NCBI RefSeq assembly: GCF_009914755.1
Contig: NC_060940.1
DNA from: the human T2T-CHM13v2.0 reference genome, Homo sapiens
DNA length: 64,000 nt
Strand: one strand, 5' to 3'
Positions 27,631 to 40,695 of the stretch are shown here, piece by piece. Numbering within the stretch: position 1 is the stretch's first letter; each line of letters starts with the position of its first letter. The notes beneath the pieces are model-generated. The model had not been told where the DNA came from and did not search any database. It saw only the letters and a program-made list of their open reading frames with translations. Made by a program: the position numbers and the translations under genes.

Positions 27631-27910
27631 GGCTGGGCGCAATGGCTCATGCCTGTAATCTCAGCACTTAGGGAGGCTGAAGCGGGAGGATTGCCTGAGG
27701 TCAGGAGTTCGAGACCAGCCCGGCCAACCTGGTGAAATCCTGTCTCTACTAAAAATACAAAAATTAGCTGGGTGTGCTGGTACATGCCTATAGTCTCAGC
27801 TACTCAGGAGGCTGAGGCAGAAGAATCGCTTGAACCTGGGAGGTGGAGGTTGCAGAGATCACATCACTGCACTCCAGCTTGGGCAACAGAGTAAGACTCT
27901 GTCTCAAAAG
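27631..27910 (+). mobile_element. AluS
   Basis: Alu dimer. Confidence 0.93.
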
Positions 27911-28369
27911 AACACTGTATAACTAACTCATCAGGTAGTTTTTGATGATTATCTCCTTTACACTTCACAACACCTTATGATACAAAAATGATGAGTATTA
28001 CTCTTCTCATTTCACAGATGAGGAAACCGAAGCTCAGAGAGATGAATGACTTGCCCAAGGTCAATACCTTGTAATCAGAGTTTAAACTGCAGGTCCTGGG
28101 TTCCTAACCCACACTAGTCTCCCTTTAAACTAAATCAGAAACTTTACGGAGAGAGAAGCCGAGGGATGTGAGGAGGTGATGGGACAGTGTCACAGCCCTG
28201 CGGAAACCTTGCTGGCCAGGGATGAGACACCAGGTGGGAAACCTGCCTGTGTTTTCAGAGAGTTAGTGAACAATCTTCTTCCCCCCAGCCCCGTCAGAGA
28301 CTGACGCTAAAAAAAAAAGATGCTATGTTGTTAAATGAACAAGAAAAAGAAGGAGAGTGATTAGAGGCA

Positions 28370-29160
28370 CTTCTGGGAATCTATCCTAAGGAAATAATCA
28401 AAAGAGAGAATGGAAAAAAAGGGCTTTCTGAGAAAAGATATTCATCAGAACATTATTTACAAGGGTACATTACTGACAATGGCAACAGTGAAGGGCCAGA
28501 TTAAGCAAACTCTGGAACTTCTGCTCAATGGAATACTAGAGGCATTAAAAGGAATCATTATCATTGCGGAAGCTACTGAGCAGCGTGGAGAAATGGGGGC
28601 TAATAGTATAATGCCAAGGGAAGAAAACAGGATACCCAATTCTTGTTGCAATTATGTAAATATCCAAAATGCATATTGCTTCAGAACAAAAGAAAGGGTA
28701 CACAACGTGAAAGTCTTGACTGGCTTAGGGAAAGAGATGAGAGGAGAAGGGATTATGTTGAATTATTTTCCTACCTCCCCCTCATCTTCTAGAACACTCT
28801 TTCCTGAAGTGTTGGCAGTTAGTGGTAGATGAGACAATTGTAAGGGGTGGTTGAGAAGTTTCAACAATAGTTCTGCCTATTAATTTTCTTTGTGATATTT
28901 TTAGGTGTGATGACATTATGGTGAATGTTTTTAAAAGAGTTATTTTTCAGAGATACATTATTAAAATATTGATGGCTGAAATGATAGGATGTCTGGGATT
29001 GACTTCAAACTGATCCGGGAGGAGGCGGAAGGTGGGTGAAGATGAAAATGAAACAAGATCAGCCCCGAGTTGGAAACTGCCGGGGCTGGGTGACGGGAAC
29101 ATGGGGTTCCACTGTTCTATGTTGTACATCTTTGACATTTTCCATCAAAAAAAGTTTTGT
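28370..29160 (+). mobile_element. Old L1M 3' fragments
   Basis: cacttctgggaatctatcctaaggaaataat..; gaaatgataggatgtctgggatt.. Confidence 0.6.
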
Positions 29161-29481
29161 ACCTTCCACTTAAGACAAATGCTACATATGATATGGTGAC
29201 AAAAAGCTTCCTTCTAAAGTATATATATGTAGCATGAAGAATCAGTAAAATCATTGGGTACATAGGATATCTGGTATCTGAGAAAGTAAAGCACAGCTTG
29301 GATTGGAAATGCCACGCACGCTAGGAGGGTGGCGTTAGATGAGTTTTGGGCAAAGGAAGAGAGAAAGCATAGGGTGGCATTGCATTGCAGATCCCTAAAG
29401 AGGAAGAAGGACCCCCACTCTGTACCCTGAGCCTCCCCTCCTGCTTCTCAGCTCTCCTCTCTGCATCCCATATAGGGCTCA

Positions 29482-29751
<270 letters not shown>

Positions 29752-30392
29752 TCATGGGATTAAAAATAGAAAAGCCACATCAGCGAGTGCTGGGGGTTGG
29801 GGGGAACCTAAGGGCATATCCTGTGGTTAGAAGCAAAGCTCTGCTGGACCCGAATTAGCTCCGATACTTTTTGCACCTCTGTGTTCTCAGTTTCAACATC
29901 TGTAAAATGGGTTATAATAAGGGTGTGAGTTAATCTGTGCAGAACATCTAAAGCAATGATAGGCACTTAGTAAGCATCATTTCTTAGTAAGCATCATTTA
30001 GATGTCTGTTAAATAAACTAAATAATTTTAGATGGTAATAGCTGGGATGGATCTCAGACATCATTTAGGTACAGGTCACAGGCTAGTAATCTAGGGCAAA
30101 TAAATACAGCCTGCAGATGTATTTTAGCTAGCCATATTTAAAACATGAAAGAGTTCACGGAAATTCTTTTGGCTTCTCTTTAAACAGCAATAGATCTGGC
30201 AACCCCAGGCCCACACTCCACATGGTAACAACTGGTTAAAGCTGAAGGGTGGTGGCTGTTCCTTTAGACAGCACCTAGGTTCTTCTGCTCACTGCAGTCT
30301 CCACCATGCCCTATTGCCTCTTTGGTATTTCAGCCAACTTGCAGACTCACAAGGGATCGGAATCTCTGGGACTTTGAAAAATTCAGATTCCA

Positions 30393-30540
30393 GGCCAGGC
30401 ACACACCTGTAGTCCCAGCTGCTCAGGAGGCTGAGACAGGAGAATCACTTGAACCTAGGAGGTGGAGGTTGCAGTGAGCTGAGACTGCCGCTGCACTCCA
30501 GCCTGGGTGACAGAACAAGACTCTGTCTCAGAGAAAAAGG
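30393..30540 (+). mobile_element. Alu right-monomer-length fragment
   Basis: ggccaggcacacacctgtagtcccagct...gactctgtctc. Confidence 0.85.
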
Positions 30541-30794
30541 ACCTACTGAGTCAATAGCTCTGGAGTGTAGCTCAAAAAAAAAAAAAAAAAAATTCCCAGG
30601 TGATTATGATTCAGTGTTTCAGGACCACTGATAGCAACCAAACTCTCAAGGAAACAGGCCCAGAGATGGTAAGGGACTTAGCTGAGAACACACAGCAAGT
30701 CACTATCAGAGATGGGACGAAGAGTCAGGGTCCAGGGTTAAAGAAATACTAAGCACCTGTAAGCTACCAGGTGTTATACTTTATATTCAGTAAA

Positions 30795-30978
30795 AGGCCA
30801 GACAGTAAATATTTAAAATAGCTTTGAAACCTTCAGCTTCGCTTTTATAGCATAAAAGCAGCCACAGACAGACAAGAGACTAAATAAATAGGTATGGCTG
30901 TGTTCCAACTAAACTTCATTTATAGAAGCAGGCAGTGGGCTGACTTTGGCCCCCAGGGCTAGAGTTTGCTGACCCCTT
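30795..30978 (-). mobile_element. MER58A-like fragment
   Basis: aaaggccagacagtaaatattt..atggctgtgttcca..gtttgctgacccc. Confidence 0.7.
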
Positions 30979-33294
30979 GTGTAGGGCTGCGGAGACAAAT
31001 AAAACACAGGTCTCTCCCTTGAGGAGCTTATTATTGTCTAGTGTTATTATTGACCTAAAGTTGGGTCCAGCACTGTTTTCATGGTGGTAGATTAATAGCA
31101 GCAACAACTACTGACCACACACAATACGCAGGGCAATGGACTTATGTCATTACCTCTAATTTTCCCTGTAACTTGGCAAGGCAGGTATTATGATTCCCAT
31201 TTTACAGATGAGAAAACTGAGCTCAGAGAGGCAAAGCGATATGTACAGACTCACACCATTGTAAGATTTGAAGCCCAAATGCATGACTCCAAAATCCAAG
31301 CCCTTTCTACTGTATCACTCCAGGACTGAGGCAACTGAGTAAACTGGGAAGCCCCCTGATCGTAAGTACCCTTGGTGTTATTCTAAACATCTCATTGCCA
31401 GTCTGCTTCAGGAAACCTCTCTGTGGTGGGGAGCACAGCTTAGCACTGTAGAGAGTTAGACCACCTGAATTCAAATCCTCATTTGGCTACCGTCTAGCTG
31501 TGCAGGTCAAGTTACTCAAACTCTCTGGGCCTCAGCATCCTTAAAATGGGTTACTAGCATAGTGTCTAGCACATAGTGTAGGCTGCTCTTTGATTATTAT
31601 CACCAGCCCCTTGTTACCAGGAACCCATCTAGGGGCAGAACAAACTCCTTTCTCTGCCTGCGATTCCGACCATAGCTGGATCTTCTAACAAACAGGGCAC
31701 GTTACCATATTATTCTTTCTCTCCAAGTTCTTCGCGCAAGAACTCTGAGTTCCTTACAGGCAGCAGTGTCTTGACTCTAGATCTTGGGGGATATTCTTAA
31801 TCTCTGCTTGCTGTGAACACATGAGGCACTCCTTGTCAGAGGCTACAATGTCCCCAGGATGCCGGGCTAGGATACAAATGCTTGTGCCTGGGGGAGTGCA
31901 GGGCTCTGGGAATCAGCACGTGGAGGTTTTGTGCTCTAAGTGATGAAGATTCTCTGCGATTAGGGCAGTGAGGGACGGGTCCTCTCCAAACATGGGAATT
32001 CATTGAATAGGTCAAACAAACATTCCCCTGCAACCCTCTTTCGGCTCAGCATATCCTTTCTGCAGGGAAGATGTGAGTTTAGGCAGCCCCCTGTCTGCCA
32101 GCTTAAGGTGGCTGGAGCTGCTGTGTGGGAACCTTAAGGGGAATACGAACGACAGAAAACCTGCAGTGTACTCTGCATTCATACAGGCACAAAAACCAGG
32201 AAGGCAGCAGGGACTGCTGGAAAAAAACCCCACTTGGAACACCCCTCCATGCCTTCGTTTCCTTACCTGAACAATAAAAGTGATGTCTGCCCCAGTAAAG
32301 CCAATGCCCACACAGCCCGGCACAGAGGAGATCAAACACAAACAAACAGCATCCCGCTCCACATCAAGGGCACCTTGGCTGGGTTATGAGCCTGGCATTG
32401 TGTCCCTGCCTTCCTGTGTTAGTGGTTTGGGAAGTAGCATACCGTCTCTACACGGTGGCTCTAGTGACCTCAGAGTGATTCGCTTAACCATTCAGTGGCA
32501 CTCATATTTGTGCTCTCTGCTGCTAGGTGTGGGGAGGGCTGGAGGAAGAAGCCACCATGCTGGCTTGGAGGGAGCAGAGCAGGAAGGGGTGCCCATCTTG
32601 GGGCCAAGCACTCTCAGGGCTCATGGTAAGTGGATGAGCATTCCCCACCCTCCTGCTCTGCCCTTCCCCAGAACTGTAAATTGTTAGGCTGCCCAGAGAC
32701 AGCTGTAAAGGGGATAATGTTCTACCTCTTCTTACTCCTTCAAGTACACAGAACACAGTGTTTTCCCACAGAACACAGTGGTTTCCAAACCTGGCTGCTC
32801 CTCAGAAAAGTGCAATTCATTAAAAATACAAATTCGTCGATATCACTGATGAGGGTTTCTCAACCAGAGGTGCTGCTAAGCATCCTACCCATGCATGGGA
32901 CAGCATGTCCCAACAGAGAATCATCCAGCCACAATGGCAAGAGTTCTGAGGTTGAAAAGCTCAGCCCTAGATATATACTTAAAAGCATATTCCTGGGTAC
33001 AAATGTAACAAATATTTTGGGAGATTCTGATGAAAAGGGAATAAAGAGAAGATGATATGAAGAGTATGGCCTTTGGAAAGTTTTTTTTAACCTTTCTGTG
33101 CCTCACAGTTTTCATATCCCTAAAATGGAATAATAATGAAAGGTCATTTGTTGTTTTTGGGTTAATGAGTCAATGTGGTTAGAACATCCCTGAAGTAAGT
33201 GCTCAATAAACACTGGCTATTGTTGATACTGTTAACTATTATTATCAACAGCCAGGTTTGGGCACCATGTGATAAGATGACCTGCAGGTCTGGC

Positions 33295-33346
33295 CTTGGA
33301 TTTCTGCAGAGGTTTGTTGGCTTGGATTTCTGCAGAGGTTTGTTGG
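33295..33346. repeat. Perfect 26-bp tandem duplication ~45 nt into intron 8
   Basis: cttggatttctgcagaggtttgttgg x2. Confidence 0.95.
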
Positions 33347-33360
33347 GAAGGCATCACTTA

Positions 33361-33815
<455 letters not shown>

Positions 33816-35414
33816 ACTACCTGACTGTCAAGGGACTCTTATGTTCTCTGCATGCATTTGAGGTCAGCTGCCCATGTGGTCCAACTCAGAGCGCAGGCGG
33901 ATGCTCTGTCCAACAGACAAATCAAAGGGATTCAAGTCTGACTGACTGACTGGTGTGCTGGAATTTCACCCCTGGGGTAGGGAGACCAGATTGATGGTTG
34001 CATTAGACCCAGGGCTTCCTGCATCGCCAGACGGCAACATAGGGAAGGGAGTGGGTGGGGCTGCTTGCTGTCCATGGTACTGAACCAGGTGCCATATTTT
34101 CTCCCTAATCCCAGGATTCTTGGCCAACTGCTTTAAGGGATCTGAGAAAGAGGCCATGTTGGATCTGAAAAGAAAAACTAGAGGAGAAACAATCAATCAC
34201 TGGAGTACTTGAGAGACTGCCAGAGAGTGAGAGAAAGATTTCTATAATAGACAGTCCCAGGCAAATATATTTCCTCCCTGTTCTCTCTCCCTAAGGGAAG
34301 CTGTTGGGGAATCTGTGTCTGCCCGTTACAAGTTAATGGGCACAGCCTTCTGATTTCTTCTAAACCAGTCCTCTTGAAGTGGTCTGGGAGAAGGGAGGGA
34401 AGGCAGAGATGCAGGAGGTGGGACTGAACAGAGACCCTGGAGTATATGTGCTTGTGTGTGCTGGGGCCAGGGAGGGGCAGGGAAAGCACACACACGGAGC
34501 TTTGGTCACCAGTATCGTGGTGGGCGTCTTGATTAAAAATAGCCAAACTCCCAAACAATCTCTTCTAAATGGATGGGTGGGTAAATGAGGCTCCAGCCGC
34601 CACCCCCTGCTGACCTTCCTGTGACACTAAATGACAAGCCCATGAACCTGGATTTTAAGCTTGAATTGCCTACAAGCCCAGGGAGGCATACATTCTCCAA
34701 CAAGCAGTGGGAAGATGTACCCAATTACTGATTGCCCTGTGTCCTTTCATAATGATACAGAAATTCCCTGCAATATAATGGATGAGGAGGTTATCAGAAT
34801 TGAGAGAAGAGGTGATTGATTTTTGCTGAAATAGGATTAAAAGCTGATTACTTAACATGTGTGCAGAATAGTAAAACCTGGCCCAGTGATGACAAGCTCA
34901 TCATCCCTCTGGGTGATGGGGGCAGTCAGCCCTCCCCGGAGCTTGGCACTGCCCCAGACACAGGTGAGAGATGTGCTGGGAGTGTGGCCTGCAGAAACAC
35001 ACATAACCTATGTGGTCCCGGGAAGGAACAAGGGACCGTTCATGAGAAATGCCATAGACTCAATAGAAACGGAACCAGCTCTGCACTGTTCTCAAGCTGG
35101 ACTGGAAATGAGGGTGCAATCAACCTGGAGGTCAGGAAGATGAATCTGGAATCCCTCAACCCAGCTCTGACCGGCAGGCAGCTAAGGGAATGTCAGTGAC
35201 AATCCTTCAGAACTGGATCCCCTCCCCACTTCTAGATGGGGCTAGGACTGTTTTAGAATACTCTGGATTAATGGAGTATGACTTATGAAACCAACACCCT
35301 TTTCTTCAGGGAATAATAGAGCAATGTTCAACATGAGAAAAGGCATGCTTGGTGTAAAAAGGTGGTCATTACATGATTGGTCATTGTGAAGGATGCGTCA
35401 AAAGTTGATGTGGC

Positions 35415-35987
<573 letters not shown>

Positions 35988-36182
35988 TGTGTCTACTCCA
36001 CGCAGCCTCTGTGCAGACTGGAGGGAGACCAGGCATCCTGCTAAGACAGCAAGGATGTCTGGGTGTGTAGAGGACAATGTAGGTGGACCCAGAATCTCTT
36101 TGCCAAAAATTCAGCATCTGCTTTGCCACAAAGGCTAGAACAAGCCCCTATCTTTCTTGGGAAAATTTTCCCAGATACTCAC

Positions 36183-36399
36183 CTCAGCAGGAAGCAGGGT
36201 GTAGGAGTAGAACTGTTTCATCTTGGTCACCAGATCGTCTGTGGAGAAGGTCACATATTCTACAAACCTCCGGTTCAGCAGGAACCAGTCCGAACCGCCA
36301 TCCACGGCAATGCCCTCTGGGATCCGCCGATCTCCCAGGCGCCACATGTGAGCGTCGCACTCCAGGAAGAGCCGATCCAGGCCCTGCTTCCGAATGAAC
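36183..36399 (-). CDS. XYLT1: XYLT1 exon 7, 217 nt: (R)[22 protein letters not shown]...GGSDW...YTLLPAE
   Basis: Acceptor ttctccctcccag|G, donor GAG|gtgagt. Has the GT14 GGSDW motif. Lies within ORF 36135..36641. Confidence 0.97.
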
Positions 36400-36930
36400 C
36401 TGGGAGGGAGAAAGCTGCCCTTAGCCCAGAGGTGTCCTGAAAGACAGAACTCCAGCCAGAGTCCAAATAAAACAACACAATCATAGCGATGATGGCAATT
36501 ATTGAGTGCCTGCTGTGTGCCAGGTACTGCTCCAGGGCTCTGCGTGGAGTTTATCACTTGATCCCCACAAGTGAGGCATGTCACCGTATTTACCCCTATG
36601 ACGCAGGTACTATTTGACCCCCAACTTTCATATGAGGGCACTGAGGCTTAGAGAGCCCAGGGGACTTACCCAGCACAGTCAGATGACAGTGATCATCTGC
36701 TACAGCTACTCCTTCTCTAGAGAACTTTGGCAACAACCTCCTTATGCCATAGAGGTCTTGGCAGTTTAGTGAATGCAGACCATGGACCCTTGTCTCAGAA
36801 TAGTACTCTTCAATGCATACAACAAAATATACAGGGTTATGAAACAGCGAAAAATAAAAATCCACCAAAGTTCTGATATAAAGTAATGCCTGTGCTTCTT
36901 GACTCACACATTATATACAGGATTACAACA

Positions 36931-37355
36931 TTTTTAAAATTTTTATTTTTTGAGACAGGGTCGTGTTCCGTTGCCTAGGCTGGAGAGCACTAGTGTGATC
37001 CTAGCTCCCCGCAGCCTCAAACTCCTGGGCTCCTGTGACCCTCCTGCCTCCAGCTCCTGAGTAGCTAGGACTACAGGCATGCATCACCATGTTTGGCTGA
37101 TTTTTAAAATTATTTTTGTAGAGATGGGATCTTACTATGTTGCCTAGACTGGTCTTGAACTTCTGGCTTCAGGCTCCCAAAGCACTGGGATTACAGGCAT
37201 GCACCGCCATGTCTGGCTGCTGCTTAAATTTTTTTGTAGAGACAGGGTCTCACGATGTTGCTTAGGCTGGCGTAAAACTCCTGGCCTCAAGCAATCCTCC
37301 CACCTTGGCCTCTCAAAGTGCTGGGATTATAGGTGTGAGCTACTGCATGGGGCCT
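36931..37355 (-). mobile_element. AluJ with an additional left monomer
   Basis: J-type right arm followed by two left-arm copies. Confidence 0.8.
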
Positions 37356-37461
37356 GGATTACAAAATACATTTTAAAACACTGAATGTATGGTACTACGT
37401 GTGTTTCTTTATTAATACATTAAATAACAAGATATCATGGCAGGTCTATTAAATCCTGTAA

Positions 37462-37780
<319 letters not shown>

Positions 37781-38244
37781 TGAAATTTTGAAGTAGTGGT
37801 GAGCATAAATGATATTTAGAGGTATCTGCACCAACTATAATGTGACAGGAAAATAGATGATTCCTACTGGTGACCGAGTCAGTTAGTTACTGCTAATACT
37901 ACTGTGATTTGTTACCTACCTTTAGCTAGATTTCAGTTAGAATTCCATTAAAAAAGATATCATTTTCTTCTCATCCAAAATCACGAACCTCCCCTGAATT
38001 TTTCCCATGAACCCTAGATTAATAACTCCTACTCTAGTAACTATATACATATAATCATCTTGTTTAGAATTTTGCAAGGCAGGCTGGGCAGAGTTGGCAT
38101 TTCCTATTTTGTAGATGCAGAAACCAAAGCTGTTCAGGTCCCAGAGCTGGTGACGTGGGCATGTTGGGAGGGTGGACAGAGCTAGAACCAAGGCTTTTGG
38201 GCCAAACGCTCAGTCCATTAGCAATTAGCATTCATTGCACACAT

Positions 38245-38350
38245 AACCATCATTGCCATTACCATCATCACCATTTTCATTATCATCACTGTCACTGCCA
38301 CCATCATCATCATCTCCATCTTCATTATCAGCACCACTATCACCATTTTC
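38245..38350. repeat. Degenerate (CAT/CAC)n repeat
   Basis: Source of the spurious His-rich ORF 38155..38424. Confidence 0.85.
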
Positions 38351-38747
38351 ACGTATTACGTGCCAGGTACTGTGCTGGCCCATGGTACAGGTCAAGGAGA
38401 AGTAAGGACGAGCTCTGCTCCTAAGGAGCTAGTTATCTAGATGGGAGCTTACAGTCTAGAGTTGAACTCAGGGACCTTTCTGCTCCTTCAGGCTGCTGGC
38501 CCTTACACACGACCAGGACTCTGGATTTTTCAAGCCCTTATGAATAACTCTATTGTATGAATGCTTCTCCACACCACCACAGTTTCCCTACACATGTGCC
38601 TTTGGTCATGGACTCCGTATGTGCTGGGAATGATTGTCTTCTTCCTCTCCCCTTCAGTGTTCCCTGAGTGAACTTCACTTCATCGATCAGATTGCAGACC
38701 AAAAGCTACTCTCTCAGTCCTTACAGTCTTACAACACTGTAATTTCT

Positions 38748-38945
38748 TCCACCATCATTGCCATTACCATCATCACAATTTCCATTATCACCACTGTCAT
38801 CACCACCATCGTCATCAGCACCATCATCATCACAATTTCCATTATCACCACTGTCATCACCACCATCGTCATCATCACCATCATCGTCACCAATTTCAGT
38901 ATCACCACCATCTTCATCCCCATTATCACTACCACCATCACCATG
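38748..38945. repeat. Degenerate (CAT/CAC)n repeat with a 57-bp-period internal duplication
   Basis: catcatcacaatttccattatcaccactgtcatcaccaccatcgtcatca at 38768 and 38825. Confidence 0.9.
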
Positions 38946-39874
38946 GCAATGAAAACATATGAGCATTATCATTACAAGGGCTTTATATGGATTATCTACT
39001 TTAATTCTCATGAAAACCCCAGAGACAGTACTTTTATTAACCCATATTTACAGGTGTATGAACTCAGCAACTTGCCATAGCACATTTCTGTGATTCTGTG
39101 ATTACTGTCTACCCTTTCCAGTAGACTACAAGCTTCATGTGAGCTAGGGTTGTTCTTGTTTTTGCTCATCACTCTGTGCCTGGCACACAGTAAGTGCTTA
39201 GCGAGTATTCACAGAATGGATAGATACTGAATCCATCAATAGGCAAATACATGTCCAGCACCTACCACAACCCCAGCCTTGTGGTGGGTACAGTGAAAGA
39301 CAGGAAACACTATAAACGACAGGCTTTATCTTCTAGGAACTCATAGTCTGACTGGGCAAATATGATACAGGCACATATAACCATAGGTTAAATGAGTTTC
39401 GAGGAACTTCTGGAAAAATGGGGACTAGGGCAAGGGTGAAAAGCCAGCATGCTGTGGACTTGGTTGGTGGTCAGGGATGGCGTCATGGATGAGGCAGGGC
39501 TTGAGTCAGACTAGGAGGGGTGCAGGGAGGAGAGAAAAATGGACATTCTAGACAGAAAACAGACTCATCAGAGATCTGGGGAGCAGACCAGTTTGGCTTA
39601 ATTGGGAGATTGCTCTGGGCAGATGACACAGATTGAAAAGGTCATACATTTTTAATAAAGATAACATCCACACAATGTAAAATAACAAGAGACCAAGAAA
39701 TGATTTTATGATGAAGGGGATCTAAGTGTCTCGAGGAAGAGCTGCCTTTTCTATTTTCCACAAAGGCGCTGTGTGGATTGCTACAGGCAGCACCGAGTGC
39801 CTACTCCATGCAGGCTCCATGCAGACTGGAGGGGGATCAGGGGCTCTGCTGTAACAGCAGTGGTTTAAAATTAA

Positions 39875-40180
39875 GCATTTAAGGTGTACAGTTTAGTGGA
39901 ATTAGTTCATTAACAATGTTGTCCAACTGTCACCTCTGCCTGGCTTCAAAACATTTCATCAGCCCCCAAAAGAAAACCCCATACACATTACACAGCCACT
40001 CCCCATTCATGCTAGCCCCTGATAACCATCAGTCTGTCTTCTGCCTCTATGGATTTACCAATTCTAGATATTTCATATAAAGGCAGTCATACAATATATG
40101 GCCTTTTGTGTCTGCATCTTTTGCTTCGCATAATGTTTTCCAGGTTCATCCATGCTGCAGCAGGTATCGGTGCTCCATGC
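39875..40180 (-). mobile_element. L1M 3'UTR fragment
   Basis: ctatggatttaccaattctagatatttcatataa..cataatgttttccaggttcatccatg. Confidence 0.75.
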
Positions 40181-40695
40181 CTTGTTTTTGCCTGCTCAGC
40201 ATCCATTTATGATTTTTCTGGGAACCACATTTTGCTTTACTTTGGACTCATCCTTAAATCTCAGTTTACTTGGGTCTGTATCCTCACCCTAGCACCAGGG
40301 GGTGGGAACATGACCCAGGATGGATCAGAGCATCCCATCTGTCTGGCCTCCATAATCAATTCAGGGATGGGCCAGCAATGCAAGCTGGGTCTGAGACTAG
40401 GTCTTGGATTGTTGCTGGAGTTAGTGAGAAGGAGGGGCTTTTCTATGAGATTTCTGGCAGGGAGGATGTCAGCCTAGGGCTGCTGGTAGCCATCTCATCA
40501 CCATGAATATAGAGGTTGTCTGACAATGGAGCAAACTGGAAATAGGAGACAGAAAGACACAGTGCCAAGCGCTTGATGGGTTCACTTGAGATTCTGGATC
40601 TCACTGTGCCTGACCCTCTCCCAGACTTGTGTGTTATGTGCTTAAGGCATTTTTGAGATGAGATTCCTCACTTGCATTTGAAAAAGTCCTAATAC
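40180..40695 (-). mobile_element. MLT1J/K-like MaLR LTR (degenerate)
   Basis: cacttgcatttgaaaaagtcctaataca end; gctgctggtagccatct. Confidence 0.55.

Noticed and set aside
29966-29999. 17-bp tandem duplication (and similar micro-duplications near 32748 and 47987)
   Set aside because: Ordinary slippage events with no evident consequence.
38155-39080. His-rich, Thr/Ile-rich and Asp/Gly-rich ORFs
   Set aside because: Translations of degenerate (CAT/CAC)n repeats that lack stops.
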